A stretch of 64,000 nucleotides of DNA from Anaerolineae bacterium. GTDB lineage: Bacteria; Chloroflexota; Anaerolineae; B4-G1; DUEL01. The translations under genes were made by a program, and so were the position numbers. Shown one piece after another: positions 46,108-54,462 of the stretch. Location: the NCBI GenBank assembly GCA_016931695.1, contig JAFGEI010000148.1, positions 11,394 through 75,393 on the forward strand, written 5' to 3'. The notes beneath the pieces were generated by a model. That model saw only the letters and a program-made list of their open reading frames with translations. It did no database searches and was not told the DNA's origin. Position 1 is the stretch's first letter. Every line of letters starts with the position of its first letter.

Positions 46108-46125
46108 TTCGTTTTGGAGATTGCA

Positions 46126-47643
46126 ATGTCCAATCCATTGAAAATCTGTGATTTGATGCTGCGCGATGGTCACCAATCACTTTTGGCGACCCGCATGCGC
46201 ACCGACGACATGCTGCCGATCGCCCCCAAGATCGATCAGGTGGGTTACTGGGCGGTCGAGATGTGGGGCGGCGCGACGTTCGACTCGGCCATGCGCTTTC
46301 TGGACGAGAATCCGTGGGACCGCGTGCGGCGGCTCAAGGAAAAGATCCCCAACACGCCCTTTATGATGCTGCTGCGGGGGCAGAACGTCGTCGGTTACAA
46401 GCATTATCCTGACGACATCCTGGAGCGGTTCATTGTCCTCGCCCACGTTGCCGGGATCGACGTCTTTCGTATCTTTGACGCGCTGAACGACGTGCGGAAT
46501 ATGCGCAAGGCAATCGAGATCGTCAAGCGGGAAGGCGCTCACGCCCAGGCTTCTATCAGTTATACCATCGGCCCGCCGTACAGCGTCGACTATTTTGTGC
46601 AGACGTCCCGCCAGTTGGCTGAGATGGGGGCCGACACGATCTGTATCAAGGACATGGCCGGACTGATTACCCCTTACGTCGCCTACGAACTTGTCTCCCG
46701 CCTCAAGACCGATGTCGGGCTGCCCGTTCACCTGCATTCCCACTCGACCAGCGGCATGGCGACGGCGGCGCTGCTCAAAGCAGCCGAGGCGGGGGTCGAC
46801 ATCATCGATACCGCCATTTCCGCTCTCTCGGGCATGACCTCTCACCCCCCCACCGAGTCGATTGTGGCCTCGCTGGCTGGCTCCGAGCGCGATACCGGGC
46901 TGAACCTGAACCTGCTAGCCGAGATTGCAGCCTACTTTGGGCTGGTGCGGCGCAAGTACGCCCGCTTCGAAAGTGGTATGAGGGCCGCCGACGTGCGCGT
47001 GCTGCAGTACCAGATTCCCGGTGGCATGCTCTCCAACCTGGTCTCGCAGCTACGCGGGCAGAATGCCGAGGACAAGTACGAGGAGGTGTTGGCCGAGGTG
47101 CCCCGCGTGCGGGCCGAGTTGGGTTACCCGCCGCTGGTTACCCCGTCCAGCCAGATTGTCGGCACACAGGCGACGCTCAATGTCGTCCTGGGCGAGCGCT
47201 ACAAGATTATTCCGGAAGAGGTGCGACAGTACATTCGCGGCTACTACGGCCGCCCGCCAGCTGCCATCGATCCCCAGATCCAGCGCCTGGCCATCGGCGA
47301 TGAAGAACCGATCGACTGCCGCCCAGCTGACCTGATCCCGCCAGGTTGGGAGCAGGCGCGAGAGGAGATCGGTGACCTGGCGCGCAACGACGAGGACGTG
47401 CTGTCGTACGCGCTCTTTCCCCAGGTGGCCCGGCCCTTTCTGGAACGCCGCGCCCGGGGCAGCAATGGCCGGGAACCGGTCGTGGCGGGCGTTGCCGGCG
47501 TGCTGATCAAGCGGCTGCAGGAACAGGCCGCTGAGGCTGTTGTTGTGCCCGCTGGCCCGGCGATTTCGCCGTGGAAAGTCTCCTGGCGGCCCAGAACAGG
47601 CCGCTGGGGCGGCAACATCGACGGCGCGGGAGGGATGAGATGA
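46126..47643 (+). CDS. carboxyltransferase 5S subunit (oxaloacetate decarboxylase alpha / pyruvate carboxylase subunit B family, TIM-barrel, no biotinyl domain)
   Basis: ATG at 46126 with GGAGA RBS (the track ORF starts at TTG 46114); LRDGHQSL, GYWAVEMWGGATFD, HLHSHSTSG motifs; ends without a biotin-attachment domain. Confidence 0.8.
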   Translation: MSNPLKICDLMLRDGHQSLLATRMRTDDMLPIAPKIDQVGYWAVEMWGGATFDSAMRFLDENPWDRVRRLKEKIPNTPFMMLLRGQNVVGYKHYPDDILERFIVLAHVAGIDVFRIFDALNDVRNMRKAIEIVKREGAHAQASISYTIGPPYSVDYFVQTSRQLAEMGADTICIKDMAGLITPYVAYELVSRLKTDVGLPVHLHSHSTSGMATAALLKAAEAGVDIIDTAISALSGMTSHPPTESIVASLAGSERDTGLNLNLLAEIAAYFGLVRRKYARFESGMRAADVRVLQYQIPGGMLSNLVSQLRGQNAEDKYEEVLAEVPRVRAELGYPPLVTPSSQIVGTQATLNVVLGERYKIIPEEVRQYIRGYYGRPPAAIDPQIQRLAIGDEEPIDCRPADLIPPGWEQAREEIGDLARNDEDVLSYALFPQVARPFLERRARGSNGREPVVAGVAGVLIKRLQEQAAEAVVVPAGPAISPWKVSWRPRTGRWGGNIDGAGGMR

Positions 47644-48128
47644 AGCAAGAGTTTACCATCACGCTCGATCACGTCGAGTATCCTATTGTTGTCGACGGGG
47701 ATACGATCACGGTCAACGGACGCCCATTCGTCGTGGAGGTTGCCGAAGACGGCACGGTGCTGATTGACGGCATCTCCTACGACTTGAGCGTCGGCGAAGA
47801 GGCAGTGACCGTCGATAGTGAAACGTATCCTTACCAGTTCGCTGGGCTGGCGGTATCGGCAGCAGTTGCCCCCCCCACCCCACTCAGGGGAGCGCCCGCG
47901 GTGGCGGTGGCGGGCACCGGCGCGGTACTGGCGATCATGCCCGGCAAGATTGTGCGGGTGATGGTCGAGCTGGGGCAGGAAGTGAACGAAGGTGACCCGG
48001 TTTGTGTGCTCGAAGCGATGAAGATGGAGAACGAGCTCAACGCCCGCCAGGGCGGTGTAGTGCGGGCCGTTCACATCAAGCCTGGCGACGATGTGGAAAA
48101 AGACCAGGTCCTGGTAGAAATTGAGTAG
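47640..48128 (+). CDS. biotin carboxyl carrier protein (1.3S-like biotinyl subunit)
   Basis: ATG overlaps the upstream stop (ATGA); biotinylation motif CVLEAMKMENEL. Confidence 0.8.
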   Translation: MKQEFTITLDHVEYPIVVDGDTITVNGRPFVVEVAEDGTVLIDGISYDLSVGEEAVTVDSETYPYQFAGLAVSAAVAPPTPLRGAPAVAVAGTGAVLAIMPGKIVRVMVELGQEVNEGDPVCVLEAMKMENELNARQGGVVRAVHIKPGDDVEKDQVLVEIE

Positions 48129-48141
48129 GATAAAGACATTT

Positions 48142-48999
48142 TTACCGCGGTGCCTCGATATCGATCGGTGCACCCACGTCGTAGGTGTCATACACCAGGC
48201 TCAGCGTCCCCTGGCCCTGGTAATAGGCACTGAACGTTCCGCTTCCGTCAAAGGTGTAGCGGACCACGTACCCGCCGTCGAGGGCCACGTACACCTCGCC
48301 ACGCCCACTGATTGTCCCGTAATCTGTCGGTATGTCCTGTTCGTCGTAGGTGTAGTGAGCGCACAGAATCTCGTTGATCGTTTCGTCCGGCATGACACGC
48401 TGGAACTGGCTCGCATAGGGTAGAAAATCCCCCACCGAGAACATCTGCTCGCTGAACGGTAGCTCCTCTGTACTGTCAGGGACCAGGACCCAGGGTTGAT
48501 AGGCGAGCTTGAACCACATCCGGGTGCCAATCCAAATGACCTGCAGGCCATCCGGCAGCACGAGCCCCTCCGGCCCTTCAATGCTGATCCGCATGTGTAC
48601 GGCTTCTTCCACCGTGTTCACGTCGGCGTCATAGTAGTACGTGCCGGCACCGTTGCCATTCACGTCGGTGAACGAGGCAACCATGCGCTGGCGGAAACTG
48701 CCCAGGTGTCCTAACCCGGCATCCCGCGCATCCAGGGTAACAACCTCCAGTTCGGGGATTCCGGCAACTTCCAACGGCTGTTGCTCGGCCGGTATGATTG
48801 GAGAAGGTTGTGCAGCGGTCGGGACTGCCGCCGGCAGCCCCGTGGCGGTGGGGGCTGTTGTCGCCGCATCGCTTGCCAGGGGCACGGCGGTCGGCCCTGT
48901 GCTGCTTTCCTGGCCTGTGCCGCAGGCCAGGCCGGCCAGTCCAACCAGCGCGATTGAGGTGGCGAGCAGCAGCCATTTATTGGCAACACTGGGATTCAT
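48142..48999 (-). CDS. secreted hypothetical protein (signal peptide, possible lipoprotein)
   Basis: N-terminal MNPSVANKWLLLATSIALVGLAGLACG; no recognisable catalytic motifs. Confidence 0.45.
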   Translation of the reverse strand: MNPSVANKWLLLATSIALVGLAGLACGTGQESSTGPTAVPLASDAATTAPTATGLPAAVPTAAQPSPIIPAEQQPLEVAGIPELEVVTLDARDAGLGHLGSFRQRMVASFTDVNGNGAGTYYYDADVNTVEEAVHMRISIEGPEGLVLPDGLQVIWIGTRMWFKLAYQPWVLVPDSTEELPFSEQMFSVGDFLPYASQFQRVMPDETINEILCAHYTYDEQDIPTDYGTISGRGEVYVALDGGYVVRYTFDGSGTFSAYYQGQGTLSLVYDTYDVGAPIDIEAPR

Positions 49000-49346
49000 G
49001 GTGCGAAAATTCCCTGCATTTGTGTCACCAGGCGCATATCGCCGCTGACCTTGACCCGCCCTTGCATAAAGGCGGCGATAGGATTCAACGTCCCGCTGGC
49101 AATGGCGATGAAATCATCCGCCGTCATCGACATCGTGGCCGAGATAGAGCGAGTCTCGCCTTCCTCCAGCATGGCCTGCCCGTTTTCGGCGTACAGGGTC
49201 CATTTCCCGCCGCCCTCCCCAAAAAGGTCCAGGAGCACGGCAACGCCCTCCAGTCCTACCAGCTCCGAAGGCTCGACGCGAGCAAGATGGTCCAGCAAAA
49301 TTTGATCGACTGACGTCATGGATTCACCTCGTCTAAGATTGGTCAC
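48996..49346 (-). CDS. SCP2 sterol-carrier-like domain protein
   Basis: Pattern LDLFGEGGGKWTL...GTLNPIAAFMQGRVKVSGDMRL typical of the SCP-2 fold; start may be the internal ATG (MTSVDQ). Confidence 0.55.
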   Translation of the reverse strand: MTNLRRGESMTSVDQILLDHLARVEPSELVGLEGVAVLLDLFGEGGGKWTLYAENGQAMLEEGETRSISATMSMTADDFIAIASGTLNPIAAFMQGRVKVSGDMRLVTQMQGIFAP

Positions 49347-49379
49347 TGACGACGAGGAGTATAACCGAAACCTGGCTTG

Positions 49380-49428
49380 CTGTCAATTGTCGATCCCAGT
49401 TGACAGTCTGTCCAGTCGATGGTAAAAC
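49380..49428 (+). promoter_or_regulatory. promoter for the phosphatase gene (TTGACA-17 nt-TGgTAAAAC) with a 7-bp inverted repeat CTGTCAA/TTGACAG overlapping the -35
   Basis: CTGTCAA 49380-49386 and TTGACAG 49400-49406; -10 at 49423-49428; a second inverted repeat CCTCGTC/GACGAGG (49327-49357) overlaps the RBS of the divergent SCP2 gene. Confidence 0.4.
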
Positions 49429-49455
49429 CAGGTATTTCCAAAGGAGTGGTATGCG

Positions 49456-50076
49456 ATGACGACGACAATCATTCTCATCCGGCATGGACAGACCGCCTGG
49501 AACCGCGAGGCCCGCTTCCGCGGGCAGATGGACGTTCCCCTGGACGAGACCGGTCTCTGGCAGGCCCAGCGGACGGGAGAGTACGTCGCCGCACGGTGGC
49601 CCGCTGCGGCAGTCTACGCCAGTCCGCTGGGGCGTGCTGCGCAGACAGCCGCAGCTGTCGCCACTGCCCAGGGACTGCAAGCCCATCCCCACGACGGCTT
49701 GCTCGACATCAACTTTGGCGCATTGCAGGGACTGGCGACGGCGGAGGCCGAGGCCCGGTATCCCGACCTTTACCATGCCTGGCTCCATGCGCCCCATACC
49801 GTTCGCTTCCCCGGCGGAGAGAGCCTGGATGACGTCTGTGCCCGCTCTACGGGGGTTTTTCGCGATGTCGTTGCGCGGCACAGCAAAGAGTCGGTGGCCC
49901 TGGTGGCTCACACGGTGGTCAATCGTGTCTTGCTCTGTGCTGTTCTCGACCTGGGTCTGGACTATTTCTGGCGCCTGGCGCAGGATACGTGTGCTGTAAA
50001 TGTGATCGAATGGGACGGGGAAAAGGCCAATCTCTATCTGATGAACGATACCAGCCATCTCTGGCGGACCGCTTAG
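49456..50076 (+). CDS. histidine phosphatase family protein (phosphoglycerate-mutase-like)
   Basis: RHGQTAWN catalytic motif at N-terminus; conserved internal His context. Confidence 0.75.
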   Translation: MTTTIILIRHGQTAWNREARFRGQMDVPLDETGLWQAQRTGEYVAARWPAAAVYASPLGRAAQTAAAVATAQGLQAHPHDGLLDINFGALQGLATAEAEARYPDLYHAWLHAPHTVRFPGGESLDDVCARSTGVFRDVVARHSKESVALVAHTVVNRVLLCAVLDLGLDYFWRLAQDTCAVNVIEWDGEKANLYLMNDTSHLWRTA

Positions 50077-50114
50077 ACGACAGTTTGCGCCTGCGCGAAG
50101 CGGCTCTGCAAGAG

Positions 50115-51653
50115 ATGTCGCTCCAGGTTGACCGCCTGACGCCGCGGGCGATCCAGGCGATCCTGCGCCGCCATCCCCGGCCTGGCGGGGGCATCTTTTC
50201 TCGCGACCAGCTTCTCCAGGCTTATCATCATCTCTGTGATGAAGGGCGAATGACGTTCGATGCGCGCCTGGCCCGCCGCCTGCGGCGCAAGCCGACGCGC
50301 ACCATCTCTGGCGTTGCCCCGCTCACCGTTCTGACCCCGCCCCACCCTTGCCGCGGGCGCTGCGTTTACTGCCCCGACGTCTCCAACGCGCCCAAATCTT
50401 ATCTGCCCGACGAGCCAGGTGTTCAGCGAGCGATCCGTTTTGGCTACGATCCCTTCGACCAGACTGCTGGCCGGCTGAGGGCTTTTCGTAACATTGGCCA
50501 CCCTACTGACAAGGTCGAGTTGTTGATCCTCGGCGGCACCTGGTCCGATTACCCGCCCGACTACCAGGAGGAATTCGTCCGCCGTTGCCTGGACGCGTTG
50601 AACGAAGCAGCGTCGGACAGCCTGGAGGCGGCGCAGCAGCGCAACGAGAGCGCCGCCCATCGCAACGTCGGCCTGGTTGTCGAGACCCGTCCGGACTGCA
50701 TCGACGACGCAGAGGTCCGCCGGCTGCGCTGGCTGGGTGTCACCAAGGTCCAGCTGGGCGCGCAGAGCCTGGACGATCGCATCCTGGCGCTCAACTGGCG
50801 GGGGCACACCGTCGCCGATACCCGGGCGGCGATGCGCCGGCTGCGGCTGGCGGGATTCAAGATTGTTCTGCACTGGATGCCCAATCTCCTCGGTGCCACG
50901 CCGGAGAGCGACCGGGAGGATTTTCGCCGGCTGTGGGACGATCCCGAGCTGCGCCCCGACGAGCTCAAGATCTATCCCTGCCTCTTGCTGCCCGATACTG
51001 GGCTCTATCACTTGTGGCGCGCGGGAGAGTATCACCCCTACGACGAGGAGACGTTGGTTTCGTTGCTGGCGTCTTGCAAGACGGACATCCCTCCCTACTG
51101 CCGGGTCAACCGGCTGATGCGCGACATTCCCGCCCCCGACATTGTCGCCGGGGTCGCCCGTTCGAACTTGCGGCAGGTCGTGCAGCAACGGATGGCAGAG
51201 ACGGGTGCAGTTTGCCGCTGCATCCGCTGCCGCGAGGTGCGAGGTGCGGCAATCGATGCAGAGACGCTGCGCCTTGCCGTCACGTCCTACGAAACGGATG
51301 GGACAGAGGAGCATTTTATCGCCTGGCAGACGCCGGAAGAACGTCTGGCGGGGTTTTTGCGCCTCTCGTTTCCCCAGGTTGCGCCCGAGATCCCCGAGCT
51401 GCGGGGATGCGCCCTGGTGCGCGAGCTGCACGTTTACGGCCCGGCGCTGCAGCTGGGCCGTCGGCAGGAGGGGCGTGCCCAGCACGCCGGATTGGGCAGC
51501 CGCTTGCTGGAGCAGGCCGGGCGGATGGCGCGGGAGGCAGGGTACGCCCGCCTGGCGGTGATTGCCGCCGTCGGCGTCCGCCCCTACTACCGGGAACGCG
51601 GCTTTGAGTTGGGCAAACTCTACATGGCGCGCGGGCTGGGTCGAGGAGAATGA
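50115..51653 (+). CDS. elp3: bacterial Elp3 homolog (radical SAM + GNAT domains; tRNA-modifying acetyltransferase-like)
   Basis: Radical-SAM CRGRCVYCP cluster, Elp3-specific segments (KVELLILGGTWSDYP, KIYPCLLLPDTGLY), C-terminal GNAT motifs; start set at the first ATG after the upstream stop. Confidence 0.75.
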   Translation: MSLQVDRLTPRAIQAILRRHPRPGGGIFSRDQLLQAYHHLCDEGRMTFDARLARRLRRKPTRTISGVAPLTVLTPPHPCRGRCVYCPDVSNAPKSYLPDEPGVQRAIRFGYDPFDQTAGRLRAFRNIGHPTDKVELLILGGTWSDYPPDYQEEFVRRCLDALNEAASDSLEAAQQRNESAAHRNVGLVVETRPDCIDDAEVRRLRWLGVTKVQLGAQSLDDRILALNWRGHTVADTRAAMRRLRLAGFKIVLHWMPNLLGATPESDREDFRRLWDDPELRPDELKIYPCLLLPDTGLYHLWRAGEYHPYDEETLVSLLASCKTDIPPYCRVNRLMRDIPAPDIVAGVARSNLRQVVQQRMAETGAVCRCIRCREVRGAAIDAETLRLAVTSYETDGTEEHFIAWQTPEERLAGFLRLSFPQVAPEIPELRGCALVRELHVYGPALQLGRRQEGRAQHAGLGSRLLEQAGRMAREAGYARLAVIAAVGVRPYYRERGFELGKLYMARGLGRGE

Positions 51654-52918
51654 CCACCAACCGCGTGATTCAGGTCAATGCCGGCGTCGTCGGGCCGCGC
51701 ACGGCCCGCTCCAGGACGGTGCAGATCAGGCTGCCGGGCGATTACGCGCACCTTTCTCCCGCCTACCTGGAAATTGCCCAGACCTATGCCAGCCCGCTGC
51801 TGTTTGGCCCTCCCCTCTGTGACGAGTTGATGGCGCTGGTGCAGCACATGTTTACCCCTGAAGAAGCCGCCCTGGTGCAGTACATCAAGTCGCCGCTCGG
51901 CCGGACAGCCAGGGCACTCGCCGCCGCTGCTTGCCGCCCGCTCGATCAGGTCGAACCGCTTTTGGAGCACCTGGTCAACCACAAGGGGGTATTGACCGGG
52001 TTTGCCGTGATAGGAAAGCGGCGCTACGGACTGCTTCCTCTGATGCCTGGCGCCTTTGAGACCGTCCTGTTTTGCACCTCGATGGACGTGCTCACATCCT
52101 GGCACCACCGATTTGCCGAACTGTTCACCGATCTGTACGAGACGGGCTTTATCGTCGATTATACTCAGCGGCCAGTGCAGGCAGTGCGCTACCTGCCGCT
52201 GGCTGAAGTAACCGATGGCCACCCGCTGGCCCTCCCGGCGGATCGGCTGGAGATGGTGCTCGATCGCCACGACCGTTTTGCGGTGGGTCTCTGCCAGTGC
52301 CGGCTGACCGGGCATCTGCTCGGGCGGGGCTGCGGGCGGCCGATGGAGAACTGTGTCGGTTTTGGGGACGTTGCCGATTACGTCGTCCAGCAGGGGCGGG
52401 GGCGGCGGGTGACGAAGCGGGATGTGATCGAGATCAAGGCCGAGGCCGAAGCGGCTGGCCTGGTCACCTGGGTCTCGGAGATCGACGTCGCTGGACGCCG
52501 CAACGGCATATCCTGCTCTTGCTGCGGCTGCTGCTGTCACGCCATGCGCACAGTCAGCGAGTTCAGCGCGCCGGGAATGTTTGCTCCCCCCCACTTTCTG
52601 CCCCAGGTCGACCTGGCTGCCTGCACCTACTGCGCCCGCTGTGCCCGCGCCTGCCCGATGGGGGCGATCACCGTGGATACGCGGAACAAGTCCTACCAGC
52701 ATGCAGCCGAACGGTGCATCGGCTGTGGTCTTTGTGCGTTGGCCTGTGACCGGCAGCAGGCGATTGAGATGGTGCCCAATCCTGACTACCACAAGCCACC
52801 GCAAGGCTTGTCCGCGCTGCTGCAACTGGCACCCAGCTATTTGCGCAATACCTGGTCGGCCTGGCGCAAACGGCAGGCAAACACAAGCGACGATGGTCGC
52901 GAAAAGAGGAGGTCATGA
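51650..52918 (+). CDS. Fe-S protein with Cys-rich central region and C-terminal 2x[4Fe-4S] ferredoxin domain
   Basis: ATGA overlap with elp3; CQCRLTGHLLGRGCGRPMENC, CSCCGCCCH, and CTYCARCARACP...CIGCGLCALACD motifs. Confidence 0.55.
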   Translation: MTTNRVIQVNAGVVGPRTARSRTVQIRLPGDYAHLSPAYLEIAQTYASPLLFGPPLCDELMALVQHMFTPEEAALVQYIKSPLGRTARALAAAACRPLDQVEPLLEHLVNHKGVLTGFAVIGKRRYGLLPLMPGAFETVLFCTSMDVLTSWHHRFAELFTDLYETGFIVDYTQRPVQAVRYLPLAEVTDGHPLALPADRLEMVLDRHDRFAVGLCQCRLTGHLLGRGCGRPMENCVGFGDVADYVVQQGRGRRVTKRDVIEIKAEAEAAGLVTWVSEIDVAGRRNGISCSCCGCCCHAMRTVSEFSAPGMFAPPHFLPQVDLAACTYCARCARACPMGAITVDTRNKSYQHAAERCIGCGLCALACDRQQAIEMVPNPDYHKPPQGLSALLQLAPSYLRNTWSAWRKRQANTSDDGREKRRS

Positions 52919-54462
52919 TGAACCAAAAGAGATTGTTGTCCAGGATTGTCTTGTTGCTCATCCTGCTTGGCGGGCTGTCCTCTGGCCCCGTTCTGGCCCA
53001 ACGGCCAATTCGCATCGTTTTTCTCCACCACTCCTGCGGCGAAAACTTGATCAACGAGGGTAGTGTGCGCGAGGGGCTGACCGCCCTGGGCTATGAGTTC
53101 TACGACCACGGCTACAACGGCGACGGGCTGCGGCTGGCCGATGGCTCGTACAGCGGCGTCAGCTTTGACGTGCCAGGCGACAACACCGACCCCGGCGGGC
53201 TTGCCGAGACTTTTGCCCAGCCGCTGCACGACCCGCCCGATAACGCCTTCAGCCACTTGATGCAATACGACGTCATCGCCTTCAAATCTTGCTTCCCCGT
53301 CAGCAACATTGCCGACGATTACCAGTTGGCCGAATATCAATCCTACTACCTTGCCATCCGCGAGCGGATGGACCAGTATCCGGACAAGGTCTTTATCGTC
53401 GTCACCCAGCCGCCCCAGGTGCCTGGCAGCAGCGACGATGCCGAGGCCCGGCGCGCGCGTGCGCTGGCCGACTGGCTCCAATCGGACGAGTACCTGGGTG
53501 GCCATCCCAATGTTTTTACCTTTGACTTTTTTGGCTACCTGGCAGGGGAGGATAATTTTCTGCGGCCCGAGTACCGCTATGACAATTATGATGCCCATCC
53601 CAACGAGCGGGCCAATCGTGACATTGGGCCGCTTTTTGTCGACTGGATTGACCGGGTGGTGCGCAGCTATGACACCGGGCAGCCACGCCCAACGCCGCTC
53701 CCACCGCCCCCGGCTCCTCCAGACGAGGAGAACGGCGGGGACGTCGCTCCTCCCGCCGTCGAGCCCCCGGTCGGGGCGGGTGTCGTCGACGACTTTGAGA
53801 CGATGGGATACTGGGAAGCTGCTGCCGGGGAGGGTTCCGCCGTCGAATGCAACGCCGATTCAGGCGTGGCCCACGGCGGTACCACGTCCCTCCACATCTA
53901 CTACCTCGTCGAGCCGTACGGCTGGGCTGACTGCGGCCGGCACTTTGACGAACTCCAGGATTGGAGCGGCGGGCAGGGCTTTTCTTTCTGGCTGCGCGCC
54001 GACCGGGCTGGCGAGCCGCTGACCCTGATGCTCTTTTCCGGCGCTCCCGAAGCACCCACCCCGTTCGAGGTCTATGTCGAGACGACAGGCGAAAGTACGA
54101 CGGGATGGCAATATTTTTTCTTTCCCTGGGAAGAATTCGCTCGCGCCGAGTGGGCCGACGCGGGAGGCATCGACGAGATCGACCCGGTGCGGATGACGGG
54201 CTATGGCATTGACTTTGCGGCCCAGGACGCTGCCCGCGAGGGGACGGTCTGGATCGACGACGTTGCCCTGGACGGCGTGGTCGGCGCCCCGCCGCCGGCA
54301 GACAGCGGCGATGCGGAACCAGTCCCCGTGCCCGAGTCGCTCGACGTGGAAGATGGCAATGGAGAAGAGGAAGAACCAGGCGGCGGTTTGTGTGCTTCCG
54401 CTTCTTTCCTGCCCTTGGGGACAGTGATCCTGCTTGCCATCTGCAGGAGAAGAAGGATATGA
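52915..54462 (+). CDS. secreted protein with unidentified N-terminal domain, central CBM/CIA30-like beta-sandwich and C-terminal GlyGly-CTERM-like sorting tail
   Basis: Signal peptide; C-terminus EEEEPGGGLCASASFLPLGTVILLAICRRRRI (acidic stretch, GGG, TM helix, Arg cluster). Confidence 0.5.
   Translation: MMNQKRLLSRIVLLLILLGGLSSGPVLAQRPIRIVFLHHSCGENLINEGSVREGLTALGYEFYDHGYNGDGLRLADGSYSGVSFDVPGDNTDPGGLAETFAQPLHDPPDNAFSHLMQYDVIAFKSCFPVSNIADDYQLAEYQSYYLAIRERMDQYPDKVFIVVTQPPQVPGSSDDAEARRARALADWLQSDEYLGGHPNVFTFDFFGYLAGEDNFLRPEYRYDNYDAHPNERANRDIGPLFVDWIDRVVRSYDTGQPRPTPLPPPPAPPDEENGGDVAPPAVEPPVGAGVVDDFETMGYWEAAAGEGSAVECNADSGVAHGGTTSLHIYYLVEPYGWADCGRHFDELQDWSGGQGFSFWLRADRAGEPLTLMLFSGAPEAPTPFEVYVETTGESTTGWQYFFFPWEEFARAEWADAGGIDEIDPVRMTGYGIDFAAQDAAREGTVWIDDVALDGVVGAPPPADSGDAEPVPVPESLDVEDGNGEEEEPGGGLCASASFLPLGTVILLAICRRRRI

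Noticed and set aside
46114-46125. TTG start (MEIAM) for the 5S carboxyltransferase gene given in the ORF track
   Set aside because: The ATG at 46126 is preceded by a GGAGA RBS at optimal spacing and gives the conserved MSNPLKI N-terminus. The TTG lies inside the RBS.
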